NCBI GenBank assembly: GCA_964602125.1
Contig: CAZRPR010000003.1
Location: 1 to 38,753, forward strand
Length of the DNA: 38,753 nt
From: an uncultured Candidatus Saccharibacteria bacterium
GTDB taxonomy: Bacteria; Patescibacteriota; Minisyncoccia; CAIUEV01
Direction of reading: 5' to 3'
The number at the start of each line of letters is the position of its first letter. Positions within the stretch are counted from its first letter, which is position 1. The notes under the pieces are model-generated. The model did not search any database and had not been told where the DNA came from. It saw only the letters and a program-made list of their open reading frames with translations. Shown here one piece after another: positions 1-8,823 of this stretch. The position numbers and the translations under genes were made by a program.

Positions 1-249
1 GCTTCCAGCAAGTGCAATCGCTAGAATCAGATTAATAACATTAAATTTTTCCCCGCCAAGGCGTTTTGGGTTTTTCATTTGGGGTATTTATCCAACTGGC
101 TTTTTAAGTGAGATTTTGTAGTGGTTTTTCTTATTATTGTAATGTTTTATTCTTTCTGGCAAGTGGAGGGTTCTGGTCTGTTTTAGTTGTTCGGAAATTC
201 CGAACAACTAAACCTTCTTCTAAATCAGACTCTTTAAACACAGTTTGAG

Positions 250-280
250 CTAGTTCCCTTTTGGAACTAGTTGCTTTTTT
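250..280 (+). terminator. Intrinsic terminator-like hairpin (ctagttcc / ggaactag, 5-nt loop) followed by ttgctttttt
   Basis: 8-bp perfect stem at 250-257 and 263-270, then a T-rich run to 280, read directly. No annotated plus-strand gene lies upstream. Confidence 0.55.
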
Positions 281-432
281 CATTGTTTCAAAAGATAAAC
301 TATCTCATTAATTATCCTATCCTCTTAATCGTTTTATTATCAACAGGGGAACGCATTTGGAAAATTGCAATTTGGTTTAATTTGTCCATCTTTGTGGAGT
401 CAAAACAAAAGCGTTCGCTCCAGCATTTTTCC

Positions 433-458
433 AAAACTGGTCGAATTCGACCAGTTTT
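433..458. repeat. Perfect 26-nt palindrome aaaactggtcgaattcgaccagtttt
   Basis: The sequence equals its own reverse complement. It lies in a non-coding stretch. Confidence 0.9.
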
Positions 459-624
459 AAATCTTGATTGTGTATTTTTTCGCTCCCTTAAGCATTTTTA
501 TCATTTTCCCGACGTCGGCAAAATGATCGTTAATTTTATTTTTTCAATCAGGGTCTTGTTTTGATTTTTGACAGAACTGTATAAAGATTCTTCAATAAGA
601 GTACAAATGGGCTTCGGCCTCCGA

Positions 625-658
625 GACTCTCTCCCAAAAGGAGGGAGTCGTTTTTTTT
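625..658 (+). terminator. Intrinsic terminator: 10-bp stem (gactctctcc / ggagggagtc, one G-U pair), loop caaaa, then g + T8
   Basis: Hairpin and T8 run read directly. The T-run overlaps the stop codon of the convergent MazF-like ORF. Confidence 0.7.
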
Positions 659-1049
659 AGAGAAAATTTTTGATTTTTTCTCTGATTTGAAAAAAATCTT
701 TATTCTCAACTATCCCAATTTTTCTTATAAGTCTTTTACTACTCAATATTCTAATTTGAGAGACAATGGCTACGCTTTTTCTTTTCCTAAAGTTAAATGG
801 GTAATAATATTTACCAAATTTCTGTTTACTGGTCAAAGGTATTGCTATAAATATATGTAAATTAAATTTTTTCAAGACAATCACAGGTCTTTCAAAATTC
901 TCACCTTTTCCATCCTGTTCATATCCAATGTTTAATCCCAAAGAGCACCACCAAATTTCTCTTTCATAGAAATACGAACTTCTATCATTGATATTTATCC
1001 GGGCTTTGATTCTGTGCCACTTGAGAAAATCTTTTTGGGAGTGATTCAT
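657..1049 (-). CDS. PemK/MazF-fold toxin-like protein (mRNA interferase family) with a roughly 28-aa N-terminal extension
   Basis: EIWWCSLGLNIGYEQDGK...ERPVIVL...IPLTS...VAIVSQIRILSSKRL matches the PemK/MazF pattern (IWW..LG..G.EQ.GKRPVLVL...PLTS...SQIRTID..RL) as I recall it. Confidence 0.65.
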   Translation of the reverse strand: MNHSQKDFLKWHRIKARININDRSSYFYEREIWWCSLGLNIGYEQDGKGENFERPVIVLKKFNLHIFIAIPLTSKQKFGKYYYPFNFRKRKSVAIVSQIRILSSKRLIRKIGIVENKDFFQIREKIKNFL

Positions 1050-1204
1050 TCTCCATAAATTAATTTATTTTCTCATCACCCTAAACCCAAATAAAAAAAC
1101 TAAGAAATAAAATTATTAAATTAAAAATAGATTTTTATAATCGATGCGAAAAACATTGACTGGATTTGATTTTTCAGGTAGTCAGAATACTGGTTTTATT
1201 TTTT

Positions 1205-1783
1205 CTAAACCCATCTATGTCCCACATTGAAATGGACATCGTCGATTCGCCAAAAAAGTGTTCCATCAGGCAAATAATAACCTCGACTCAGGCCGGTAGG
1301 ATAACGGAAACCATCCTTTTTTATTGTTTCAACTAACTTTCCTTCCGTTTTGGAGTAGATCATCATTTTACCGCTATCTAAGAATTCAATAAAAGCATCT
1401 TCGAATCTTTCTGCATATTGGCTGAAATTCCTCATTTGTAAGCCTTTCGTGGGTTTTAATTTTTGAAAAAAATTCAACTCTGTCGGAGGAATAAATTTTT
1501 TCAGATCTTTCAGACAAAAAGTGATAAAAACTTCATTGTCCTCATAAAAAGCGTCCTGCGGAATCTCGGGCGATTCTAATTGAATTGTCTTAAATGATTT
1601 GGATTGAGGGTTGAGCTTCAATCCATTCCTTCGACTAAGGCTTTCCTCCAATTCGTATTTTTTCGACAAAGTCTCTCTTCTCTTTTCCTCAAGCTCCAGT
1701 TTGTTTTTTCGAGAGCGATAAAGAAAAATTATAGCAAGAGAACCAACGCCAAATCCGATAATAAAGGGCAAGACATTACTCAT
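1205..1783 (-). CDS. Hypothetical membrane-anchored protein: N-terminal TM helix, charged helical linker, unknown C-terminal domain
   Basis: Hydrophobic N-terminus VLPFIIGFGVGSLAIIFLY followed by a K/E-rich segment. Co-directional and 51 nt downstream of the DUF262 gene. No motif recognised. Confidence 0.5.
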   Translation of the reverse strand: MSNVLPFIIGFGVGSLAIIFLYRSRKNKLELEEKRRETLSKKYELEESLSRRNGLKLNPQSKSFKTIQLESPEIPQDAFYEDNEVFITFCLKDLKKFIPPTELNFFQKLKPTKGLQMRNFSQYAERFEDAFIEFLDSGKMMIYSKTEGKLVETIKKDGFRYPTGLSRGYYLPDGTLFWRIDDVHFNVGHRWV

Positions 1784-1834
1784 GGGTTGTTTTTAAGGAA
1801 TTATAAGTTGTTTCAATGCGCTCTTATGTAATCG

Positions 1835-3664
1835 CTACTTTCTTGCATTTTCATTGACTGAAGAGAAAGAAAGTCTGAGATAGTATTTTTTAATTTTTTC
1901 AGCCATCATTTTTTTTCTTTCCTCTAGGAATTCTTTGTAGTTATCTATGTCCATTTCAAAGATCGTCCTTGGAATGCAATTTTCTTCAAGGTTTCTGTAT
2001 AATTCTTGAGTATTTGTGATACTGCCATATTTCAATTCACCCCCATTACATTGACCCAGCACCTCGTTCATATACTCCCTTGGTGATTTTTTCCCAATCC
2101 GAATGTTAATTTCAGATTGAGCATAAACAAAATTAGAGATTTGGTTATAGTCCCCTCTTGAAGAAAATTTCCTTTTCAAGTATTCTTTTGGAAAAATATG
2201 ATGAATATCACCTCTAAGACTAATTAAATTTCCAACCGTGATATCTCTTGAAAGAAAACCTCTGTTGTTATCTTTAATTTGAGCCGCAAAGAAAACGCTT
2301 AAAAAAGGACTGGAAATAATAGATCTGTTTAAATTTCCAACTAGCCCAACGCTCCAAAAAGTTTCCGAAAGTTCAGCTGCCTCGATTGATTCTAAATATT
2401 CTTTGACTCCCAGTTCGGATATTTTTTTGATATCGAAATCAATTTGAGACTCGGGAGAGCCGGAATATCTTCCTGTTAAGATTGACATTACAAACCAACG
2501 CTGAACATATCTAGCAACCAAAGCCTCGTCCATTTTTTGGTCTCGTAACTTGAGATAAAGAATGTAGGCAAAATTAAGAGTGTTTTGAGAGCTAATCAAA
2601 TCTTGCTCAATAAATCCGGAGGATTTGATAATCATCACAAAGCGCTTAAAGTGAGTTTCATTAACAAAATCAAGAACACCTCGGCTTAGTCTCTGGAAAG
2701 AATCATCCATAATTTCCTGTTCAAAAGTCCGAGTTTCAAAATTTCTTCCGGACAGCAAACTCACCAAATCGCTCATCTTGCCTCTTTCAAATTCCTTAGT
2801 GAAACTCACCCGCAAAACATCGGAATAGTTAGGATCATATAAATCATCTTTTTCTTTTCTCAACCATCCGATTTTATTGTAATATTCGGTGTTAACGAAA
2901 CATTTATCATTTTCACTTATATTCTTATAGAATTTAGGTTCTTTGGCTAAATGACAAAAATAATCAATACACTTTCTTAAATTAACCCCGAAGTCATCTT
3001 CAACTTCGTAGGATGCAATTTTTGACATTGCAAAATCAGCTTGGCTCAAAACAACTCCTTCTGAGTTTATTCGGATAAATATCTCTGTTACAGTTTCAAT
3101 ATCTAAATTAGCGTTAAGCTCAATGAACCCAACCGGCTTATTATTAATATCAAGTAATTTTCCAATATTTGTTCCAACTAGATTCTGATCGATTTCTGGA
3201 TTTTTCTCACAATATTCTTTTACCGATCCGAACAATCCGTCTCCCCGGTTCATTAGTTCAGCAATATCCGGAATCCAAGAATGGTCTTTCGTGATTGCTG
3301 GGGTCAGGGTTGCAAATTCTTCTTTAACTGGGTGAAAGGATATTTTAACATTTTGCTCCTTATACTCTTTGTCAATAATTGACTCACCCAAAATAGCCGC
3401 TCTTAAAGCCGTTATTCTCTGTTGACCGTCGATTAGAACCATCTTGCCATTTGAAAGAGTTCCGTCTTTCAAACGCACATCCGGATTTTTCCAAGCGATA
3501 ATATATCCGACAGGATATCCTTGATAGAGAGAGTCTATTAAGTCTCTAATTTTTGTCGTGTCCCAAACAAAAGGACGTTGAATTTCCGGTATGGCAATAC
3601 TTCCCGTTTGAACCAAGGAAAGAATGTTGCTGATTAAATACTGATTTACGCTGTATTTTTGCAT
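1835..3664 (-). CDS. DUF262 + DUF1524 (GmrSD-like / BrxU-like) putative modification-dependent Type IV restriction nuclease
   Basis: N-terminal IPEIQRPFVWD and LIDGQQRITAL (DGQQR, ParB-like NTPase motif of DUF262). C-terminal GDIHHIFPKEYL (His-Me finger of DUF1524). Confidence 0.8.
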   Translation of the reverse strand: MQKYSVNQYLISNILSLVQTGSIAIPEIQRPFVWDTTKIRDLIDSLYQGYPVGYIIAWKNPDVRLKDGTLSNGKMVLIDGQQRITALRAAILGESIIDKEYKEQNVKISFHPVKEEFATLTPAITKDHSWIPDIAELMNRGDGLFGSVKEYCEKNPEIDQNLVGTNIGKLLDINNKPVGFIELNANLDIETVTEIFIRINSEGVVLSQADFAMSKIASYEVEDDFGVNLRKCIDYFCHLAKEPKFYKNISENDKCFVNTEYYNKIGWLRKEKDDLYDPNYSDVLRVSFTKEFERGKMSDLVSLLSGRNFETRTFEQEIMDDSFQRLSRGVLDFVNETHFKRFVMIIKSSGFIEQDLISSQNTLNFAYILYLKLRDQKMDEALVARYVQRWFVMSILTGRYSGSPESQIDFDIKKISELGVKEYLESIEAAELSETFWSVGLVGNLNRSIISSPFLSVFFAAQIKDNNRGFLSRDITVGNLISLRGDIHHIFPKEYLKRKFSSRGDYNQISNFVYAQSEINIRIGKKSPREYMNEVLGQCNGGELKYGSITNTQELYRNLEENCIPRTIFEMDIDNYKEFLEERKKMMAEKIKKYYLRLSFSSVNENARK

Positions 3665-3726
3665 GTTGATAAATAAATAAATAATTATTCTAATTTTCCA
3701 ATCATGGTTTTTTGTAATTTAAAAAA

Positions 3727-6681
3727 TTACATCACATTACCTTTTTTCAAAGATTCAATCCAGGCCCAATATCCCTCTGGCCTAAGTAAATCAAAAATGT
3801 AGTGCTGCTTAAGATGGCTTCTAAATTTAGCACTAACTCTCATTTGGTCGATGTCCCTAAGCTTACTATTTAAAGCATTGAAATGTGCTTTAGCGGACTC
3901 CTCTTTTGGCACAATAGTTTCATCCTCGTCTTCATCTGACTTAATTTCAACTACTCGTACTAATTCATCAATACCTTCTTCTTGTAGTTCGCGTAAAAAA
4001 GCTAATGACTTAGAATCTGCCAAATTTCTAACTTTGGCAATATATTCAGAAAGATTTTGAACGATAAAAAAATCTGGATTAAAGCTTCTAGTTACCTCCG
4101 TTTTACCACCTTTCCAAAATTTATAGTCCAAAGAATAGAAACCTCTGTCTGAAGACTTTACCCATGACTTGAAAAAGGTCGAATTTTTCAAAAGTAAGAA
4201 TATAAACTCCTTTTCTGGTGAATGGGAGACTAACACTGCGCTTTGAGGAGACTTGAGAACTGACGGATTTACAATGTATGGCGGTCGAGGATCTTTATCG
4301 ACTAATGGTCTAGTATAATCAGAATGACTACCTAAAAAATCTTGCGGGTCAATTGTGAATAAAGTTCTTTGTTTTTTTTCTTCATCCGATTTGGTTCGCG
4401 CCTCAATTAAGTGTTTAAAAACAGCTTTGGTCTTAGTGTCTAATTCAGCTTCATAATTCTCACTAACAAATACTGTGGCATCTCGTTCCAAATCACCTAA
4501 TCGCACTGTTGAGCGTTCAATTGATTCTGTTGGGATTGGTATAATATCACCTAAAACATTTTCAAAGACTCGTTTCTTGGTGCCCTTTGGTAAAAATTGA
4601 TTGAAATATAAATCTATTTGTTGCTTATTTTCTTCAGATAGCTGATTGCCAACAATATTAGTTTGCTTCATTGCAGATAGAATTGTTTTACGAATCTCTA
4701 CTTCTTTTGGGCAACGTGCCTGTTCTCCTTGTCCGAAATCAAAATGAATGCCTTCATATTCCCTACCCTTGAAACGACGATGTAGATCAAGAATCACACC
4801 ATCAACAGATACAGTTTTTTTCTTAAATACGTACTGTTTGGTATCTTTCAAAAATTCTATTTTTACTGGCTCAGATAAATCTTGTTTACTTAAGATTAAT
4901 TTTCTTTTTGCTGGCAGTGACAATTCTCCTGCCTCCACATCTTTCATTACTGGTGTAGCGATATAACTAAGATTGAAAAGACAAAAATGGTTTTTAGCAC
5001 GATCTAAGTCCATTGTTTGGTTGGATGGCGTCAGGGGTTCCGAGGCAATGTGCATGTCAGATTGAATAACTGAATCCATCAACTCTTCAATATGGCTGGC
5101 AAATTTTTCATGGTTGGTTACAGTTAAACGAGGATAAAGTTCACCAATACTTAATCCGTGCACATTTATTTTTCGTGGTATACGCAAACCACGACCAAGA
5201 ACCTGGGAGATTAAAAGCTTTGAATTAAAGACTCGTTCCTCCATTGGCACGATCTGGAAAACATTATCCACATCCCACCCTTCTGACAATTTATTTACCG
5301 CAAAAATAAATTCTACTTTTCCACCGATTTTATCAGGGTTTGTTTCCTCAATATTATCCAATTGAGGTTTAAACTCTGATTCAGAAATACTAGAAACGAC
5401 ACAAATTACTCGCTCGCTTACCATTTGTTCTATTTCAGAAGCACTGCTACTTGCTCCGTTTTCTGAAACCTCCCATTTACTCAAAAATTTAATAAAATTT
5501 GCAGTCGCCTTTTTGGCATTCGCTTGATTAGGACAGATAAACATTGTAATTGGCTTCACAAGCATCTTGCCTTTTCTGACATAGGAATATTTTGCTTTGT
5601 TGTCTAGGTGATTTTTCAAAACCACTGCAAAACGTTTCTCGTCTGTCCATTGGATAGCGTCGCCCTCGGCATCAGAAGTTTTGAGTAAGGGATTAATTTC
5701 TTTGATATATTTTTCTTCAGTCGCTGTTTTAATAGAATAATCAAACAACACATCAGCAAAGTAGTCATCGCCGTTGTAAGGCGTACCAGTAAAACCAATA
5801 TGACGAGTGATTTTGTGCTTACCATTTGATTGAAAATATTCCGGCTTTTTGTAACGTCCTTTGCCTAATAAAAATTGCATCCACAGCCTCTCAGCATTAT
5901 CATCTGTTACTTTAGCATTTTCGGCTACAAATTCTTCTTCGACAGTGTTTGAGGTGGCATTAAATTTAAGATGTGAATAGGCATGATGCACTTCGTCGCT
6001 CAAAACCAAAATCTCATCATTACCACGAAACAGTGTGTCTTGAATACCGCCAAAAGTAAAAACAGCGTTAATGTTTTCGATCACAATACTATCGTCTTCA
6101 ATAGCGTCATTGTCAGTTAAAAGATTTATAGCTCGATTTTGATATTCCCTAGGAAGCAAAGCGTTTAATTTTGGATCGCGCATCAAATCTTTAAATTTAT
6201 CAGTCAAACCCTGTTCAATAATCGTTGAAGATGGGCCGAGCACCAAAACTCGTTTGGTTAAACCAAGTAATACCGACAAATGAGCCACAGCAAATATAAC
6301 AAAGGACTTGCCTGTGCCAGTGGCCATATGTACCACGCCAGACAACCGGTCGCGCAGTGGCAAATGCCCCATCATGATTTCTTCGGAACCAAAACGATCG
6401 CGTATTTGTGGCTTCAGGCTCCAATTTTCCATAGCTAAATCTTCAATCGTTTTATAGCTCCCACCCCACAGATAAATCATTACCTCACGAATAGCCTCAA
6501 ATTGATATTCGCGACCAGCAGTCAGAGCACGCACATAGTCCTCAATCTCAGAAAAGCGAAATTTGTCGTAGTTACATCTTCGGTCATTGATTTTGAGTGT
6601 ATGTTCAGAAAGATTCATTCGTTCAATTTCTTTCATTCTTTTCCCTCTTCTTCGTCTAATGATTGGTTTTTTATCTGACAT
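3727..6681 (-). CDS. res: Type III restriction enzyme Res subunit (SF2 helicase-like ATPase + C-terminal PD-(D/E)XK nuclease)
   Basis: Motif I MATGTGKSFV, motif II LSDEVHH, motif III GFTGTP, motif VI QVLGRGLR. C-terminal NPDFF...VVEIK fits PD...ExK. Starts 1 nt after the mod stop. Confidence 0.85.
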   Translation of the reverse strand: MSDKKPIIRRRRGKRMKEIERMNLSEHTLKINDRRCNYDKFRFSEIEDYVRALTAGREYQFEAIREVMIYLWGGSYKTIEDLAMENWSLKPQIRDRFGSEEIMMGHLPLRDRLSGVVHMATGTGKSFVIFAVAHLSVLLGLTKRVLVLGPSSTIIEQGLTDKFKDLMRDPKLNALLPREYQNRAINLLTDNDAIEDDSIVIENINAVFTFGGIQDTLFRGNDEILVLSDEVHHAYSHLKFNATSNTVEEEFVAENAKVTDDNAERLWMQFLLGKGRYKKPEYFQSNGKHKITRHIGFTGTPYNGDDYFADVLFDYSIKTATEEKYIKEINPLLKTSDAEGDAIQWTDEKRFAVVLKNHLDNKAKYSYVRKGKMLVKPITMFICPNQANAKKATANFIKFLSKWEVSENGASSSASEIEQMVSERVICVVSSISESEFKPQLDNIEETNPDKIGGKVEFIFAVNKLSEGWDVDNVFQIVPMEERVFNSKLLISQVLGRGLRIPRKINVHGLSIGELYPRLTVTNHEKFASHIEELMDSVIQSDMHIASEPLTPSNQTMDLDRAKNHFCLFNLSYIATPVMKDVEAGELSLPAKRKLILSKQDLSEPVKIEFLKDTKQYVFKKKTVSVDGVILDLHRRFKGREYEGIHFDFGQGEQARCPKEVEIRKTILSAMKQTNIVGNQLSEENKQQIDLYFNQFLPKGTKKRVFENVLGDIIPIPTESIERSTVRLGDLERDATVFVSENYEAELDTKTKAVFKHLIEARTKSDEEKKQRTLFTIDPQDFLGSHSDYTRPLVDKDPRPPYIVNPSVLKSPQSAVLVSHSPEKEFIFLLLKNSTFFKSWVKSSDRGFYSLDYKFWKGGKTEVTRSFNPDFFIVQNLSEYIAKVRNLADSKSLAFLRELQEEGIDELVRVVEIKSDEDEDETIVPKEESAKAHFNALNSKLRDIDQMRVSAKFRSHLKQHYIFDLLRPEGYWAWIESLKKGNVM

Positions 6682-6682
6682 A

Positions 6683-8812
6683 TTATTTGGTTACTATAAA
6701 TGGTTTACTTTCATTTCCATGCTTGTCAATCGCAATGACCGCGATTTTTTTCTTGGCCGATTCGTTCAGTGTAAAAAATCCCTCAGCATTTATATCTTTA
6801 GCAAAAACGGTCTTATCCATGTCGAAGGGTTTACCCACTTCATGATTAACATCGACCAAAAGCATAGCCAGACCCTCCAGACCCGGAAAGCGATTGCCTT
6901 CTTTGTTTAAAATTTTGGTTTCAAATTTGGTGATTTTTAGTCCTGGCTCATCACGTAAGATTTCAATCTCCACGTCCTCGTTAAAATAAAAAGCAGTAGA
7001 GGTAATAAGTTCGTTGACTGCTCCTTGTGAAGCTGGTTGTTCATGAAGCTCCAAGTGACGCGAAACATCTTCGAGTACCTTGTATGGGAAAGTTAGGAAT
7101 TTGAAAATCACTTCTTGACCCCCAGGATTTTTGAGCCTGGTGTCACCAATGTTAGTGCAATGTTCTGGAACGATAATATGATATTCTCTATGCAAACGCC
7201 CAGCACCTTGAGTGATAATGCTTTGCAAATAATCTTCATCAATTTTTACATTCTTAAAATGATGTTCGTCCCAAACCGGAAACACCTCCACTGGCGCACC
7301 ATCTTTTTCGGCATATATATTCGTAAGTTTTGTTTTACTGGCTTTTCCTTCATCGCGAACCAACTGAAACAAGCCTAAGACGAAAGCAATATAAGCATTT
7401 TTATGCTCTGGTGTGCCAAGTGCCATCACATGAGAGAAATCATAAGCACCAGCAGAAATAACGGAAAATGGTTTTGGATCTTTACTATATGAATCACCTT
7501 TTTTTACAATAATTTTATCGGCATCATCTTTTTCATCCACTAAGGCTTTACTTTCGCCTATACGAAGCATACGACGTTGTTGCGTATATATCGCATGCTT
7601 TCCAAAATCACAAGAAATCCATCGTCTTCCAAGTTTTTCAGCAACAGCAGGCGCAGATCCAGATCCAGCAAAACAATCTAAAACTATATCACCTGGATTA
7701 GACGAAGCCAACACAACCCTATCTAGAAACGCCTCTGGTTTTTGAGTTGGATAAAAACAATTTTCAAGTGCGCCGCCCTGCACTGGCGAAATATCAACCC
7801 ATATATCCTGCAATGGCACCCCCCTACCCTCATCTAAATATTTTTTTCTTTGCGGGACAGTGCCTGGATTCGTTTGTATTATTTCCCCAGCATCAAGTAA
7901 TTCTTGCATTCTCTTTCTGGAATACATCCAGTATCTAGTAACGCCCATAACCTCATATCGTGGATTTCCATTTGCCGCACCTCCTGGTCCAGCCATTGTT
8001 ACGAGCCTATAAACTCTGCCATCATTATCTGTATATTTATAAAAATCTTTTATATATTTTTCAGAATACGGTGTATAAATGCTATTCAAAGTAAAATTTT
8101 CACTTTTTCTATACAAAAGTATCACGTCATGCAATCGTCCAAGGTGTTTAGCACCTTGCCCCGAATCACCGTGTGAAAAAGTGCGCTTCCAAATAATTTC
8201 ATTTACAAAATTTTCCTTACCAAAAATTTCATCAAGCGTTATTTTAATACCATGGACCATTTTTTGATCTAAATGAACATATATACTACCATCTTTATGC
8301 AATATTTCAGACAAAAGCAACAACCGTTCGCGTAATGTTTCTATAAATTCGGAAGTAGCAATTTTATCATTATAACTTCTCTCCCCATCCTTCCCACCAA
8401 AATCACTCTTGGTAGCAAACGGCGGATCAATATAAATTAATTTTACTTTCCCCTTCACCTTGCCTTTGATTAGTGGATCTTCATCACGATAACAAGTTTT
8501 CAAAAACTGCAAATTATCACCTTGCACAATCATATTCTGCCACTCACCTTCCTTGGTCTCGCCAAAACTTCTCACCACTTGCAGTGGCGCTGCTCCAATG
8601 CCTGCTCCCGCCTCAGCCAAAATTGCTGCCTTGCTCCTCTTACCCGCATATTCAAGCGTTGGAATTTTGGCACGATCTAGTGCCTTCACATCAAACTTTT
8701 CAGCTGTGCCAGGGAAAAGTTTGGTCAGAAAATCAGGCGATGGCTCAACCCCAGCGTTTATAGCTTCTAGTAATTTGATTTTGTCTTCGTCGGTGAGATT
8801 TATTTTTGGCAT
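6683..8812 (-). CDS. mod: Type III R-M Mod subunit, beta-class N6-adenine/N4-cytosine DNA methyltransferase
   Basis: Motif IV LIYIDPPF precedes motif I VLDCFAGSGSA (beta-class order). Size and position upstream of res are typical of a mod-res operon. Confidence 0.85.
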   Translation of the reverse strand: MPKINLTDEDKIKLLEAINAGVEPSPDFLTKLFPGTAEKFDVKALDRAKIPTLEYAGKRSKAAILAEAGAGIGAAPLQVVRSFGETKEGEWQNMIVQGDNLQFLKTCYRDEDPLIKGKVKGKVKLIYIDPPFATKSDFGGKDGERSYNDKIATSEFIETLRERLLLLSEILHKDGSIYVHLDQKMVHGIKITLDEIFGKENFVNEIIWKRTFSHGDSGQGAKHLGRLHDVILLYRKSENFTLNSIYTPYSEKYIKDFYKYTDNDGRVYRLVTMAGPGGAANGNPRYEVMGVTRYWMYSRKRMQELLDAGEIIQTNPGTVPQRKKYLDEGRGVPLQDIWVDISPVQGGALENCFYPTQKPEAFLDRVVLASSNPGDIVLDCFAGSGSAPAVAEKLGRRWISCDFGKHAIYTQQRRMLRIGESKALVDEKDDADKIIVKKGDSYSKDPKPFSVISAGAYDFSHVMALGTPEHKNAYIAFVLGLFQLVRDEGKASKTKLTNIYAEKDGAPVEVFPVWDEHHFKNVKIDEDYLQSIITQGAGRLHREYHIIVPEHCTNIGDTRLKNPGGQEVIFKFLTFPYKVLEDVSRHLELHEQPASQGAVNELITSTAFYFNEDVEIEILRDEPGLKITKFETKILNKEGNRFPGLEGLAMLLVDVNHEVGKPFDMDKTVFAKDINAEGFFTLNESAKKKIAVIAIDKHGNESKPFIVTK

Positions 8813-8823
8813 AGGATTTTTGA

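Noticed and set aside
1-78. Possible N-terminus of a minus-strand gene (MKNPKRLGGEKFNVINLILAIALAGS...) running off the left edge
   Set aside because: Only 26 codons are visible, with no RBS and no motif. That is too little evidence to report as a feature.
271-564. 97-aa plus-strand ORF in the left non-coding region
   Set aside because: It has a TTG start and no RBS, and its composition is low-complexity and hydrophobic. It runs straight through two long palindromes. It is more likely non-coding.
1050-1204. Searched for a MazE/antitoxin ORF upstream of the MazF-like gene
   Set aside because: The spacer is AT-rich and has no ORF of meaningful length on the minus strand.
6683-8812. Phase-variation simple-sequence repeats in the Type III mod gene
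   Set aside because: I saw no tetra- or penta-nucleotide repeat tract or long homopolymer. Only T7/A8-type runs are present, which are expected in AT-rich DNA.
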